Shown here: positions 18,801 to 28,889 of the stretch, piece by piece
How the letters are laid out: each line of letters opens with the position of its first letter
How positions within the stretch are numbered: the stretch's first letter is position 1
Assembly: GCA_963796425.1 (NCBI GenBank)
Contig: CAWCLN010000007.1
Coordinates: forward strand, 7,479 to 71,478
Origin: an uncultured archaeon
GTDB lineage: Archaea; Thermoproteota; Nitrososphaeria; Nitrososphaerales; Gagatemarchaeaceae
Length of the DNA stretch: 64,000 nucleotides
Direction of reading: 5' to 3'
Notes under the pieces: model-generated
Databases searched by the model: none
The model's input: only the letters and a program-made list of their open reading frames with translations
What the model was told of the DNA's origin: nothing
Made by a program: the position numbers and the translations under genes

Positions 18801-21770
18801 CTAGGTTGCTATCAGAACAAGCGTCCCCGAGCCCATTCGGTTGTTGGGGTCGCCACTGTAGGCCGCCTTGATCCTGATGCTGCCTGCCCTGGTCGCCGTG
18901 ACCGTCACTGTGCAGCTTCCTAAGGACAGATTACAGGTCTTCGGAGAAAACGTGATCCCTCCAGTTCCCAGGACCTTCGCCCAGGTCACCGTCCCTGCTG
19001 GGAAATAGCCGCTCGCGGTGGCTGTGCATGTCAAAGGCACTCCCACGCTCAACGTCGTTGAAGGGCACGCGATTGCGACTGTGGTCAATGCCTTTCCTAC
19101 AGTGAGCTCGTGGATTCGTGAACCAGGCGTGTTATTCGAGTCCCCTCCATAGCTCGCATTGACAGCCACACTTCCGGGTTTGGCACCTCTTAGAGTCACG
19201 GAACAGCTACTCAGGGAGAGGCTCACTTTAGAGAGCATACATGTCGGAGTGATAAGGGAGACGGACCCAGTGCCGTTCTGCGTCCAGGTAACATTGCCCG
19301 TTGGCAAGTACCCTGTCACCTTGGCCCTGCAAGTTATGATTGCCGTTGAGTTGGCAACCACGAAACTCCGTGCGCAGGAGACCTTCATCGTCGTGGGTTT
19401 CACTGACACGGTCAAGGTGTGAGTTCCAGTAGTTGCCGGGTCGTGGGAGTCCCCTCCATAGCTCGCTGTGATTACGGCTGAGCCAGCGGCTGGCGGTGTG
19501 TACTTCACCGAACAAGCGCTGTATGTCGCGTACTTTGAGAGTCTGCAGGATGTCCTCGAGAATGTGCCTGAGCCCCCACTCGACCACCTGACAGTTCCAG
19601 TCGGTGCCCTGGTGCCGAATTCACGGACCGTCGCCTTGCAGGTAATCGCTGAACCCACGACAGCAATGGGCTTTGAACACGTCACGTCGACCGGCGTCAA
19701 CGTGAATGTCACTGTGGGGCTGTTAGTGCCATCGCTAGCAGTTATTGTGTGGGAACCAAGATCAGAGAATGGGACTATGAATGCGCAGCCAGAGGTGATG
19801 TTGCCTGATGCGTCTGTGGTGCAAGTCGTGGGCATTCCAGCGGTCGAGCCATCATATGTGACCGTCAGGTTGTGCGAAGCGATGAGGTTGGAACCAGCTA
19901 CAGTGACGGATGTACCAGCGGGACCCGAGTGAGGACTGAGAGAGATGGACGGGGTGACACTTGTTCCGTTTAAGCCATAGCTGGGATCGACCCAGAGTGT
20001 GACACCGGCTGAATGCGTAGCGTCTGTCGGATACGGGATTGGTTCCAGTTGGACCACAATCTCACTGACGTTGAACATGCCGTACTCACCACGAATCTGC
20101 TGGTCCGACACTGTGCTCACAGATCCGCAATACGGTTCAATGGTAAAATTCGAGGGAGTCTGATATTCTCCCGGCTGGCAAGCACTGACAGTGCTGGAAA
20201 TCGAACCGCTGATGCTCAATACGAAGACCGGAGCCGGTTTGCTCATTGTGAGCCCCTCAGCTCCCAAACCTCCTCCTCCTCCGAAAAACATCGGTTCGAT
20301 TACGCACCCCTGCAGCTCGAAGATTTCGACCAGCGTCAAAGCGTCAGCCCCTCCTATTGTAATATTGTCAGCCCCCGACTTACCCACATGAGTCCAGGAA
20401 ACTGACGCCCCTATCGGGATACCGGCATTGGAGATATAGCCCCAAACCCATGTATTGGCTTCTGAGTCTGAGACATTCCCCAGCCTGCTTGAACTGTAAA
20501 GAGCGCCTACCACGAGGAAGTCCCCAATTGTCACATTCTTCATCATCTGGAAACTGAATCCCGAGCTGGATCCGCTTAGCACGATGTATGAGTGTTGAAC
20601 AATCTCCATGGCAGATGATGAACAGCTACTGCCAGAGGGCCTTGTAACCGTCACATTGGTCTCTCCGCCGCTTCCCCAATTGCTCGCATCCCCGTTGTAG
20701 AACGCATACAATTCGGCTGTACCAGGGGAGGCACCGCTTACTGTGACGTCGCACTGACTGAAGGATAGAACGCATGAACGGGGAGAAATAGTGAGCCAAC
20801 CCGCGCCGCTCTCCGTCCAAGTGACCCTACCATTTGCTGGCGGACCGGGCTGCCGCAAGGATTCAGGAGATACAGCTGCAGTGCAGATCGTCGAAGAACC
20901 GAGGACCACCGAGGGCTGTGAACATGAGACGCTCACTACAGTGGCGTCGTTCGCAGGGGAACTGATCAATGATTCAATGGACTTGTAGCGTAAAAGGGAT
21001 TGAGTTGGATTTGTGACCGATATCTCATATCCGTCGCCCTTCACTACTCCGAAAGCTCCGAACACCCGTCCTTGTCCTGAGGCAGTTCCACAGTGAGGAT
21101 CTAGTGAAAGAGATACATTAACGGCGGAGCTTACAGAGCATTTCTCCGATGCGTTTTCATCGGACGCCCCAATAGCTACTGCAAAGCTGTAGGGTCCCCA
21201 TGGATTGCTGCCTCCTTTAGCTTGGAATGCGTCGAATGATAAACCACCCCCACCCCCACCCCCAGATTGAATGACGTTGGGATCGATGTTCGAGAGTTCG
21301 TATGCTTCCACGAGGTCCACATGATTCTCACCAGACACGGTAATCATGTCCCAATTCGATGAAGTAACAGGCGCAATCCAAAGCTCAAGAACCGCATGGG
21401 GGGCATCACCGGAGTTGTCAGCTCCGAGTTGCCGCCAATTGCTGTCCATGGAATCAGAGATGACCCCGAAAGTGCAGTTTCCGCTACTTTCGCACCCAGG
21501 AGCTCTGTCGAGGACAGCTCCAACCACGAGATAGTGCCCGGCAGTGACGGGGTTAGGGAGGCCGATTCCAAGTGAAGAACCATTCTCACCATCAATGCTC
21601 GCGATTGAGGAAATGTTTTGCACCAGTACTGGAAGCGGGCTTGACGTATTGGGAGAGACTACTTTCGCGGAAGTAGAAGAAAGGGCCGCAGGCGGCAATA
21701 CGACGAGAATCAGCATCGAACTGCCAAGAAGCAAACCGACAGTCAGGAATACAGACCCCATTCGCAGCAA
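18801..21770 (-). CDS. Large secreted surface protein: two duplicated N-terminal modules, an IPT/TIG-like domain and multiple Ig-like repeats
   Basis: 989 aa. N-terminal hydrophobic signal 'MGSVFLTVGLLLGSSMLILVVL'. Repeated ~95-aa units end in '...ITASYGGDSHDPATTGTHTLTV', '...VNASYGGDSNNTPGSRIHELTV' and '...IKAAYSGDPNNRMGSGTLVL'. Two poly-Gly tracts. No C-terminal anchor. Confidence 0.8.
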   Translation of the reverse strand: MLRMGSVFLTVGLLLGSSMLILVVLPPAALSSTSAKVVSPNTSSPLPVLVQNISSIASIDGENGSSLGIGLPNPVTAGHYLVVGAVLDRAPGCESSGNCTFGVISDSMDSNWRQLGADNSGDAPHAVLELWIAPVTSSNWDMITVSGENHVDLVEAYELSNIDPNVIQSGGGGGGGLSFDAFQAKGGSNPWGPYSFAVAIGASDENASEKCSVSSAVNVSLSLDPHCGTASGQGRVFGAFGVVKGDGYEISVTNPTQSLLRYKSIESLISSPANDATVVSVSCSQPSVVLGSSTICTAAVSPESLRQPGPPANGRVTWTESGAGWLTISPRSCVLSFSQCDVTVSGASPGTAELYAFYNGDASNWGSGGETNVTVTRPSGSSCSSSAMEIVQHSYIVLSGSSSGFSFQMMKNVTIGDFLVVGALYSSSRLGNVSDSEANTWVWGYISNAGIPIGASVSWTHVGKSGADNITIGGADALTLVEIFELQGCVIEPMFFGGGGGLGAEGLTMSKPAPVFVLSISGSISSTVSACQPGEYQTPSNFTIEPYCGSVSTVSDQQIRGEYGMFNVSEIVVQLEPIPYPTDATHSAGVTLWVDPSYGLNGTSVTPSISLSPHSGPAGTSVTVAGSNLIASHNLTVTYDGSTAGMPTTCTTDASGNITSGCAFIVPFSDLGSHTITASDGTNSPTVTFTLTPVDVTCSKPIAVVGSAITCKATVREFGTRAPTGTVRWSSGGSGTFSRTSCRLSKYATYSACSVKYTPPAAGSAVITASYGGDSHDPATTGTHTLTVSVKPTTMKVSCARSFVVANSTAIITCRAKVTGYLPTGNVTWTQNGTGSVSLITPTCMLSKVSLSLSSCSVTLRGAKPGSVAVNASYGGDSNNTPGSRIHELTVGKALTTVAIACPSTTLSVGVPLTCTATASGYFPAGTVTWAKVLGTGGITFSPKTCNLSLGSCTVTVTATRAGSIRIKAAYSGDPNNRMGSGTLVLIAT

Positions 21771-21845
21771 CCCTCGGCTCGAGGCCTCGTTTGTCTGGTG
21801 CTTCGTACTCCGATCAGTCCAATTTGGTGGCCGTGAACTTATAGA

Positions 21846-21975
21846 CGTTTAGGCACAGGACGCGACGGTCCCACGGTCACTCCGCGGTAGCGAATGGCGC
21901 CTTCGATCATGCCTAAACTCGAAAGAATCCCCATATCTAGGAGCCACTTTGCGGGCCACATTGTTTGGGCGTTGG
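21846..21975. repeat. Copy 2 of the ~130-bp element (plus-strand arm opens a 41-codon ORF at 21909-22034)
   Basis: Layout is 'cgtttaggca' (21846-21855), a ~50-nt core with 'gtcccacggtcactccgcggtagcg', then 'catgcctaaactcgaaagaatcccc'. The encoded MPKLERIPISRSHFAGHIVWAL... resembles the TcmP-like N-terminus MPKLERIPIPEWNSHVVVVWAV. Confidence 0.65.
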
Positions 21976-22066
21976 ATATGCTAGCCAATCACAATGAACT
22001 TGTATCCGTAGATGGGCTCAAGATGGCGAATTAACAACCGTCAAGAAGGTCTAGACTAAGCTTCGC

Positions 22067-23236
22067 TCAGATCCGTGGAATTGCGACGCGTCTGGCAAGG
22101 ACATAGGACGTCACTATGACGACCGTGGCCAGAAGCGTGAAGACGAGCTGGACGGGGAACTCGGGGACTCCCGACCCCCCGCCCGAAGAGGTGGTGGTAG
22201 AGGTGGCAGAGATGATGTATACTGCACCGCCTAGAGCGAAGAGGTTGGAAAAACCAGTCGGGTCCACCACGAAGACCTCACCCTTGCCGGAGTCATAGGC
22301 GACGGCCGAGGGACTGGTTCCCACGCTCACATTGGCGACAACATTGTCGGTCGCATCAGAGATGACTGAGACTGTCCCGGGGCCTCCATTAGGAGCCTCG
22401 GCAACGAAGACTTCGCCCTTGGAGGAGTCGTAGGCGATGCCGTCGGGACTAGCCCCTACCCCCACCAGCGCGACCACCGTATTGTCGGCGTCGGAGATCA
22501 CAGTGACGTGACAAAAAAGGAGATTACTAAAGCCATTGTTGACAACGAAGACCTCGCCCTTGGAAGAGTCATAGGCGATATCACTGTAAAAGGTCCCCCC
22601 ACCCGCCGTAGCGACCACCGTGTTGGTCGTGTCCGATATCACGGAAACTTTGCCACCACGCCCATTCGTCACGAAGACCTCACCCTTACCGGAGTCATAG
22701 GCCAAGCCGTAAGGTGTGTTGATACCAGTGATCGTCGTTGTCATTGCATTAGTCGAATCTGATATCACAGAGACTGTGTTACTACCCCCATTCACCACGA
22801 AGATCTCGCCTTTGGCGGAGTCGTAGACGATGCCAGTAGGACCTTCTCCCACGGGCACCATCGCGACCACGGTGTTCGTGGCGTCTGAGATGATAGAGAC
22901 GGTGTCGGCCCTTTGATTGGTCACGAAGACCTCGCTCTTGGAGGAGTCGTAGGCGACGCCTGTGGGACCGTTTCCCACGCTTACATTGGCGACTACGGTG
23001 TTTGTCGCGTCTGAAATGACCGAGACGTTGTTGCTGAGGTAATTGGTCACGAAGACCTCTCCCTTTGAGGAGTCGTAGGCTATCCCAGCGGGCCGTGCCC
23101 CAACTCTCACAGTCGCGACCACGGTCTGAGCATGTGCAAGCGGCGCAAGGGGAACCGATAGGAGAGCTATGCTCGCGAGCAGAAGAAGACCATTCGCTAT
23201 GTGGCGGGAATGAGCACCCGTAATCCTGACCTCCAT
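22067..23236 (-). CDS. YVTN-family beta-propeller repeat protein with PEF-CTERM sorting signal
   Basis: Repeated ~41-aa units 'VxVGxxPxGVAYDSxKGEVFVxN...VSVISDxTNTVV'. C-terminus 'GSGVPEFPVQLVFTLLATVVIVTSYVLARRVAIPRI'. I prefer the ATG at 23236 (MEVRITGAHSRHIANGLLLL...AHAQT signal). The tracked ORF extends to 23293. Confidence 0.85.
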   Translation of the reverse strand: MEVRITGAHSRHIANGLLLLASIALLSVPLAPLAHAQTVVATVRVGARPAGIAYDSSKGEVFVTNYLSNNVSVISDATNTVVANVSVGNGPTGVAYDSSKSEVFVTNQRADTVSIISDATNTVVAMVPVGEGPTGIVYDSAKGEIFVVNGGSNTVSVISDSTNAMTTTITGINTPYGLAYDSGKGEVFVTNGRGGKVSVISDTTNTVVATAGGGTFYSDIAYDSSKGEVFVVNNGFSNLLFCHVTVISDADNTVVALVGVGASPDGIAYDSSKGEVFVAEAPNGGPGTVSVISDATDNVVANVSVGTSPSAVAYDSGKGEVFVVDPTGFSNLFALGGAVYIISATSTTTSSGGGSGVPEFPVQLVFTLLATVVIVTSYVLARRVAIPRI

Positions 23237-23392
23237 GATGAAGATCTTCTGGATGACATAAGCCTTCGTCTTGGCTCCTGCTCCTGGAGACAAAGACGCT
23301 CATCAGCATGGGAAGCAATTACCTCCACTCATCGGGACGACCGAGGCATCAAGAAGCGCTTGATCTGCAGTGAGACGACTGTTCTCTTTCGC

Positions 23393-25666
23393 TTAGGCCG
23401 CTGAAGCCTTGTTCTTCGAGCCGGTCCGCGGCAGAGTGAATCGTCTGGTGGCGATATATGATGCCACGATGACTACCGTAACCAAGAGAGAAAGACCGAG
23501 CTGGACCGGGAACTCAGGAATCCCCGAACCCCCTCCCAAGGAGGTGGACGAGCCGACGGGAGTGATAGAGGCAGTGGTTGATACCGAAGCCCTCGAGGTC
23601 GTAGCAGTGGTCGGTGTCGTCGTGGAAGCGCTCGATCTGCTCTGAGTTGTGGAGGAGGTCAAGGAGACTGAACCAAGAGAATAGAACCCCAAATCAAAAG
23701 CGCCTCTGCTGGGCTGGTTGCGGGCGTCACCACTGTAGATGGCCTCAATCTTAACCGTGCCATTGCTGACTACAGAGTCTGGGTATACCGTTACGGAGCA
23801 ACTGCCTCCGACGAGTTTGCCGCTCGATTCAAGAAATAGACCAGTGTAGTAGTTTGTCAGGGCCCATTGTATTGTCCCCGTAGGACTATTCCCAGTCACA
23901 GCTGCTGTGCATTCAGCGTTGGTTAGGTACATCACGTCGAGGCTGACCGACCCGACGTAGAAGGAGATTGTTGGTAGTGTCGCCCCCCGGACGGGCAGGC
24001 CGAGGATCTGTAGTGCAAGTCGATAGCTCCCCGTGGCGTTGAAGACGAGATTGGCTGGATTGGCAAAGTTGACGTAGACGGGAATCCCAGAGGTGTTGAG
24101 AAGTAGACTCGGAACGTTCACCTTCTTCCACTGAGCATACATAGTAGCCGTGGGACAATTGAAGGCTGCACGACAGTCTGAAACTGTGATTGCCTCTGAC
24201 AGCGTGTTGGAGAGCGTCGAACCCATGGAGTAATTGCCCTCCGAGTTCTCTATTATGAAATTGGCGTAGACCGCCCTGACGCCCGTCATATTAAGAACCC
24301 TGAGATAGGAGGTCGCGGCGAAATTGCTCGGGGGCTCCCCAGAGAACTTGAATGGTTCAGACATCGAGAAGAAGACTTTCGCACCTTGGATGTAGGGGTT
24401 GGTTTCTTCAGTCGAATTCTCGGGGATCGAGGCATTCACGAGGAGAACGCCTGCGCCGCTAGAATTGGACAAGTACCCGACTCCGGGAATATCCCTCGTA
24501 ATGATGTCCTGACCGGTCATTATCCAGGGGTCCAGGTCTGCGGGACTGGCGAAGGTGGCTGGAGGGACAGGATAGGTCTTCGACCAGCCCGCACTATTCG
24601 GTATGCATGTCACCTTGGTGGTCGTCGAAGGGATTGTGGTCGTTACGGAGGAACGGTCTGAGATAACGGAGATCGTGTGGTCGTCAAGGTTGGCCACGAA
24701 GACCTCACCCTTGCCGGAGTCGTAGGCGACGCCAGTGGGATGAGACCCCACGCTCACGTTCGCAACCACTATGTCGGTGGCGTCGGAGATGACGGAGACC
24801 GTGCCCCAGCCTTGATTGGCCACGAAGACCTCTCCCTTGGAGGAGTCGTAGGCAACGCCGTCGGGAGCTTCCCCCACGCTCACTGTCGCGATCACAGTGT
24901 TGTTAGTGTCTGAGATGACGGAGACGCCGTCGTTATCGGTCACGAAGACCTCGCCCCTTGAGGAGTCGTAGGCGACGCCAATGGGATGAGACCCCACGCT
25001 CACGTTCGCAACCACTATGTCGGTGGCGTCGGAGATGACGGAGATGGTGTTGCCGCCTTGATTGGCCACGAAGACCTCATGCTTGGAGGAATCATAGGCG
25101 AGACCCACGGGATGATTACCCACGCTCACGTTGGCGACCGCGGCGTTAGTGGTGTCGGAGATGACGGAGACTATGCCGTTGCTAAGGGCCATGAAGACCT
25201 CACCCTTGCCGGAGTCGTATGCGACGCCAGTGGGCTGCAATCCCCAGCTAAGGTTCGCGACCACGGTGTCAGTGGCGTCGGATATGACAGAGACGGTGTT
25301 GCTGTAGAGATTGGCCGCGAAGACCTCTCCCTTGGAGGAGTCGTAGGCAACGCCGTCGGGAGCTTCCCCCACGCTCACTGTCGCGATTACAGCATTGTTG
25401 ACATCGGAGATGACGGAGACTGTGTTGTTGTTAATGTCGGCCACGAAGACCTCTCCCTTAGAGGAGTCGTATGCGACGCTGAAGGGCCAGCTCCTCAGGC
25501 CCATTCCTATTGTCTCGACCAGTGTTTGAGCGCGTGCAGGCGGCGCAAGGGGAATCGATGCTAAAACAAGAGCTGCAAGCAAGAGGAGAGCCATCGCATT
25601 CCGGCGCAAGTGAGTGTCCGTGATCCTGAACCCCTCTGATGGGGGCATTCGTGATGACATAAGCAT
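23393..25666 (-). CDS. YVTN-family beta-propeller repeat protein with extra beta-rich domain, Ser/Thr linker and PEF-CTERM signal
   Basis: 757 aa with a signal '...ALLLLAALVLASIPLAPPARAQT' and about 7 YVTN blades. Also an Ig-like 'IEAIYSGDARNQPSRG', an S/T-rich linker and 'GSGIPEFPVQLGLSLLVTVVIVASYIATRR'. Its start abuts the stop of the upstream membrane-protein gene (TGAATG). Confidence 0.85.
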   Translation of the reverse strand: MLMSSRMPPSEGFRITDTHLRRNAMALLLLAALVLASIPLAPPARAQTLVETIGMGLRSWPFSVAYDSSKGEVFVADINNNTVSVISDVNNAVIATVSVGEAPDGVAYDSSKGEVFAANLYSNTVSVISDATDTVVANLSWGLQPTGVAYDSGKGEVFMALSNGIVSVISDTTNAAVANVSVGNHPVGLAYDSSKHEVFVANQGGNTISVISDATDIVVANVSVGSHPIGVAYDSSRGEVFVTDNDGVSVISDTNNTVIATVSVGEAPDGVAYDSSKGEVFVANQGWGTVSVISDATDIVVANVSVGSHPTGVAYDSGKGEVFVANLDDHTISVISDRSSVTTTIPSTTTKVTCIPNSAGWSKTYPVPPATFASPADLDPWIMTGQDIITRDIPGVGYLSNSSGAGVLLVNASIPENSTEETNPYIQGAKVFFSMSEPFKFSGEPPSNFAATSYLRVLNMTGVRAVYANFIIENSEGNYSMGSTLSNTLSEAITVSDCRAAFNCPTATMYAQWKKVNVPSLLLNTSGIPVYVNFANPANLVFNATGSYRLALQILGLPVRGATLPTISFYVGSVSLDVMYLTNAECTAAVTGNSPTGTIQWALTNYYTGLFLESSGKLVGGSCSVTVYPDSVVSNGTVKIEAIYSGDARNQPSRGAFDLGFYSLGSVSLTSSTTQSRSSASTTTPTTATTSRASVSTTASITPVGSSTSLGGGSGIPEFPVQLGLSLLVTVVIVASYIATRRFTLPRTGSKNKASAA

Positions 25667-26152
25667 TCACCTCTCAGTTCTAGCGCGCGCTTGAACTGCG
25701 GGAGTAGGTTGGGCCTTCAGCTTTGCAATCGGCCCACGAGCTATCAGAGGCACGATACTGGGGATCACTCCAGTACAGAACCAGCCTACGAGCGTTCCGA
25801 CTGGCATAGGGACCTCCAGTAGAATGATACTGGGGACTACTCCGTTGAGGACCAAGACTATTAGCGGTAGGCCAACGGTGTTCAGGGTTCTCAACTCAAG
25901 AAATCCATAATCATTTGCCACTTTTCTCATGATGCCAATTCTACTGAGTAAGAGAATGGACGGAATCGCTAGGATTACGAAAGCGATGGCAGCGATTAGC
26001 TCGGTTCCAATGTATGGATTGGGAGGGCAATGATAGTAAGAACAGGTGTAAGTCGAATTCAATGCCGCAAAGAACAAGCCAAGGAAAATGAAACCGATGA
26101 CCCATAGGATGACCCATAGGATTGAGAGGATTTCAGCGGCGATGATTCCCAT
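25667..26152 (-). CDS. Small polytopic membrane protein (about 4 TM), co-oriented and abutting the 757-aa YVTN gene
   Basis: 161-aa hydrophobic ORF with no family recognised. Its stop codon is immediately followed by the ATG of the next gene. Confidence 0.55.
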   Translation of the reverse strand: MGIIAAEILSILWVILWVIGFIFLGLFFAALNSTYTCSYYHCPPNPYIGTELIAAIAFVILAIPSILLLSRIGIMRKVANDYGFLELRTLNTVGLPLIVLVLNGVVPSIILLEVPMPVGTLVGWFCTGVIPSIVPLIARGPIAKLKAQPTPAVQARARTER

Positions 26153-26288
26153 CCTGATGGCTCTCAGCTCGTCCGTGATCTTGACCCCCTCTGATGAAAT
26201 CTTTGGGTTACCATAATCTTTCGCCTCTCATTCCCAGCGCAACGGGTTCGACAAGGCGTAAATCCCGCTACTAGGACTCTATCTTACG

Positions 26289-28889
26289 TTGACTTGTTGT
26301 CAAGCGGTGGCCTCGGCGTTGGTCATAGCGCTACTAGTCACCTCCGCCATTCTCGCTCCGATTCCTGTGCACGGGCAGACATACGATGCATTGATACTCG
26401 ACTTCTCGGGCACAATTGACGGAGCTATTACAAACGCGAGAATACTTCTATCAGGAGGTACGATGACAGTTGCGGGTGTAGCTCAGGCCACCTATCACCT
26501 GGCGGGAAGTCCATCAGACGGATGCGACATGAATGTGATATGCACTTCACCTCCCTCCACCATGACCGCGAATCGCGTGCAGTTCGACAATGGATATGTC
26601 CTGGATCTGGCTGGTATACAGGTTGCCTCGGTCAATGAAACGATCGGCTCCTCTGTCATGTTCTGGTTGAGTTCTCTACCCGGAACCGGCAGCTCGGTAA
26701 CTCAGGGGATCAGCGGACCTTCGGTCTTTGCCATTGTCGCATGCGCTGGACAAGGTTCAGTAACAGCATCCACTGTGACAATCGAATTGGATTGCTCCGC
26801 AACGCCAGGGAGCGCTTACTCCACTTCAACAACCACGACCCTTCCTACGGGCAATGGAGGGATATCGATTCTAGGCGTTTCATTGGCAGTAGTAACCGGC
26901 ACACTCTTCCCCTATCCACCTGAACTCAGTCTTGCGGTCATCAGCACGGGAAGCCAGTATGTCCAGAATCTGGTCGTCTACTTGAACGGTGAGGACATTG
27001 GCTCCCCGCCAACCGGGAGCCAATTCGCCCCCGGCATGGCGTTCTACACTAGTTTGACAGTTTGGTCCTCGACACTGCAAGTGAACCCGGGAGATGCCTA
27101 TCATGTCACCGTCGTGGCCTCCTTCTCGGATGGGAGCGAAGCAAGCGCAACGACCTCGGTAGTGGCCGTGTCTTGCGCCTCCCCGCTGGACTGCCCTCTT
27201 CTCGCCACCACGACCACCACTGGTACCCAGTCCCAATCCTCGGCACCCGAAAACCCTCCCAGCCTCGAAATCTTCGAGTTCCCTTCAGTCACGACCGTCT
27301 CAATCCCTTACACTGTCAACTTTGTTGCCACTCCAGCTGGTGGCTCTCCGTCATACTCCATTACTTGGTCAATTTGCCGAACAAGTGGTGGTGATTGTTT
27401 CACCTCCAATTCGAACCCTCTTGAGTACACCTTCAAGTATGCGAGCGATTACACGGTCACCGCAAGGGTTGTCGACGCCAAGGGCCAGACCTCCAAGAGC
27501 GCGCCCATTACCATCGTGGCCTCTGCCAGCCGGTATCGGTTGGACCTGAGTTTCCTAGAAGGGGGCGGAACGACAGATTTCCTGACTGGGAAGTTCAGTC
27601 CATTCATTCAATTCGTAGGCGGAGACCAAGACGGCCTGGGGGTCCTCTCGGCAACGGATTCGAGTACCACTCTTCAGGTTGAAACCAAGATTAACTGGGG
27701 AGGGGTAGTTCTCCCCGATTGGGCCTCATCGTTCCTCGGTTACTCGTACCCATGGTACACGATGGTTGTTGAAGGTCAGGGAAGAAGCGGGACGGTGTCC
27801 GTCGACGCAACTCCAGCAATCCAACTCGATACGACCTACTTCCAACTCGGACCGGGAGGCACTACCACCGTATATGCAGACGCGACCAACCTCGGGTTGT
27901 CGCCCGGCCCGAATGGACTCCTCTGGCAGAACCTTAAGTTCACGGTCTCGCCTTCGACCCCGCTGGCCCTTGCGCTAGACTTGGTTGCGGCTGTCTTCGC
28001 GGCGCTGGGCCTGACCGATTTGATACCAAGTGAATTGACAGCCGACATTGCGACCTATCTCGCTCAGATGTTCCTTTCTGACCTGCTTCAGATTCCCAGT
28101 CAGGTAAGCTCGAGCACCTTCTCACAGCAATTCGCTGATCTGCTTTCCAGAATGCTGGACACACTTTCAAACTTGCTCCTGGACCTTGAGTTCTCCGTGT
28201 TGGGGTCGGGACTAAGGGATGCTCTCGCACTTTCAAGCGCGAAGGCGGCCCAACTCGCGGCCGAGGCTATTGGTTTAGGAACATTTCTCTATGACATGGT
28301 CACACTGACCGCAGTCCTCGTAAAAGGAAGCGTTTCGGACAGCTACAAGATTGCGAAAATCACACCAATGCTTTCGGTAGAGATCGATCCGAACGTCACG
28401 CTTGACTCGTTGCTTACGTCCGCAGCGGGCAGCTTCGGGTACTCGGGGGGGCATTGGGTGAACTCGGCAAACGCGTCGGGATTTGTTCATACCGGAGTAT
28501 CGAACGGAACCTACGGGTATGCTATCCCGTTTTCCACGAGTGCAGGCAGGATGAACCTGACTCTGAAGTCGCTTGCTGACACGACCGTCCCTTACCACGT
28601 CGTCATTCTGCTCGGCACCGACACAACGGTATTTGACGGCAGTCTTGGGCCGCAGGACGTGAGGAGCCTCCCTATCGTCATCTCAAACGGCAGGTTAGCG
28701 ACGGGGAGCACGGGCCCAGCTTTGGATTATCCTGTACTCGCAGTCGGAATTGCAGTCGCGGGGGTCATGTCTGCTGGGGTGTACATCCTGCTGAAGAAGC
28801 ATAAGTCTCTGAATCCCAAGACACCAACGGTTAACGCAGTGCGCGCGCACGGTGCAGCGGAAAGTGGTCTCAGTGAATCACAGCATTAG
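26289..28889 (+). CDS. Large secreted protein with PKD-like domain and C-terminal TM anchor
   Basis: 866 aa with a TTG start and the signal 'ALVIALLVTSAILAPIPVHGQ'. PKD-like segment 'TVNFVATPAGGSPSYSITWS...YTVTARVVDAKGQTS'. C-terminal 'PVLAVGIAVAGVMSAGVYILLKKHK'. Confidence 0.7.
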   Translation: MTCCQAVASALVIALLVTSAILAPIPVHGQTYDALILDFSGTIDGAITNARILLSGGTMTVAGVAQATYHLAGSPSDGCDMNVICTSPPSTMTANRVQFDNGYVLDLAGIQVASVNETIGSSVMFWLSSLPGTGSSVTQGISGPSVFAIVACAGQGSVTASTVTIELDCSATPGSAYSTSTTTTLPTGNGGISILGVSLAVVTGTLFPYPPELSLAVISTGSQYVQNLVVYLNGEDIGSPPTGSQFAPGMAFYTSLTVWSSTLQVNPGDAYHVTVVASFSDGSEASATTSVVAVSCASPLDCPLLATTTTTGTQSQSSAPENPPSLEIFEFPSVTTVSIPYTVNFVATPAGGSPSYSITWSICRTSGGDCFTSNSNPLEYTFKYASDYTVTARVVDAKGQTSKSAPITIVASASRYRLDLSFLEGGGTTDFLTGKFSPFIQFVGGDQDGLGVLSATDSSTTLQVETKINWGGVVLPDWASSFLGYSYPWYTMVVEGQGRSGTVSVDATPAIQLDTTYFQLGPGGTTTVYADATNLGLSPGPNGLLWQNLKFTVSPSTPLALALDLVAAVFAALGLTDLIPSELTADIATYLAQMFLSDLLQIPSQVSSSTFSQQFADLLSRMLDTLSNLLLDLEFSVLGSGLRDALALSSAKAAQLAAEAIGLGTFLYDMVTLTAVLVKGSVSDSYKIAKITPMLSVEIDPNVTLDSLLTSAAGSFGYSGGHWVNSANASGFVHTGVSNGTYGYAIPFSTSAGRMNLTLKSLADTTVPYHVVILLGTDTTVFDGSLGPQDVRSLPIVISNGRLATGSTGPALDYPVLAVGIAVAGVMSAGVYILLKKHKSLNPKTPTVNAVRAHGAAESGLSESQH

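Noticed and set aside
24386-25564. Long plus-strand ORFs (91, 78 and 192 aa; 'HEDL.L.GVVG.A.G...HAH' repeats) opposite the 757-aa YVTN gene. Similar antisense ORFs lie opposite the 408-aa gene (22508-22762).
   Set aside because: They mirror the periodic blade repeats of the minus-strand gene and have no start context or recognisable domain. The minus-strand product has a signal peptide, YVTN blades and a PEF-CTERM tail. They are shadow ORFs of a repetitive GC-rich gene.
25667-26152. Considered the 161-aa membrane protein, and the 480-aa membrane protein at 30376-31818, as the missing archaeosortase for the PEF-CTERM proteins.
   Set aside because: The 161-aa protein is smaller than I expect for the exosortase/archaeosortase family. 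I could also find no conserved Cys (CSG-like)/Arg/His catalytic pattern in either protein. The question is left open as a test rather than a call.
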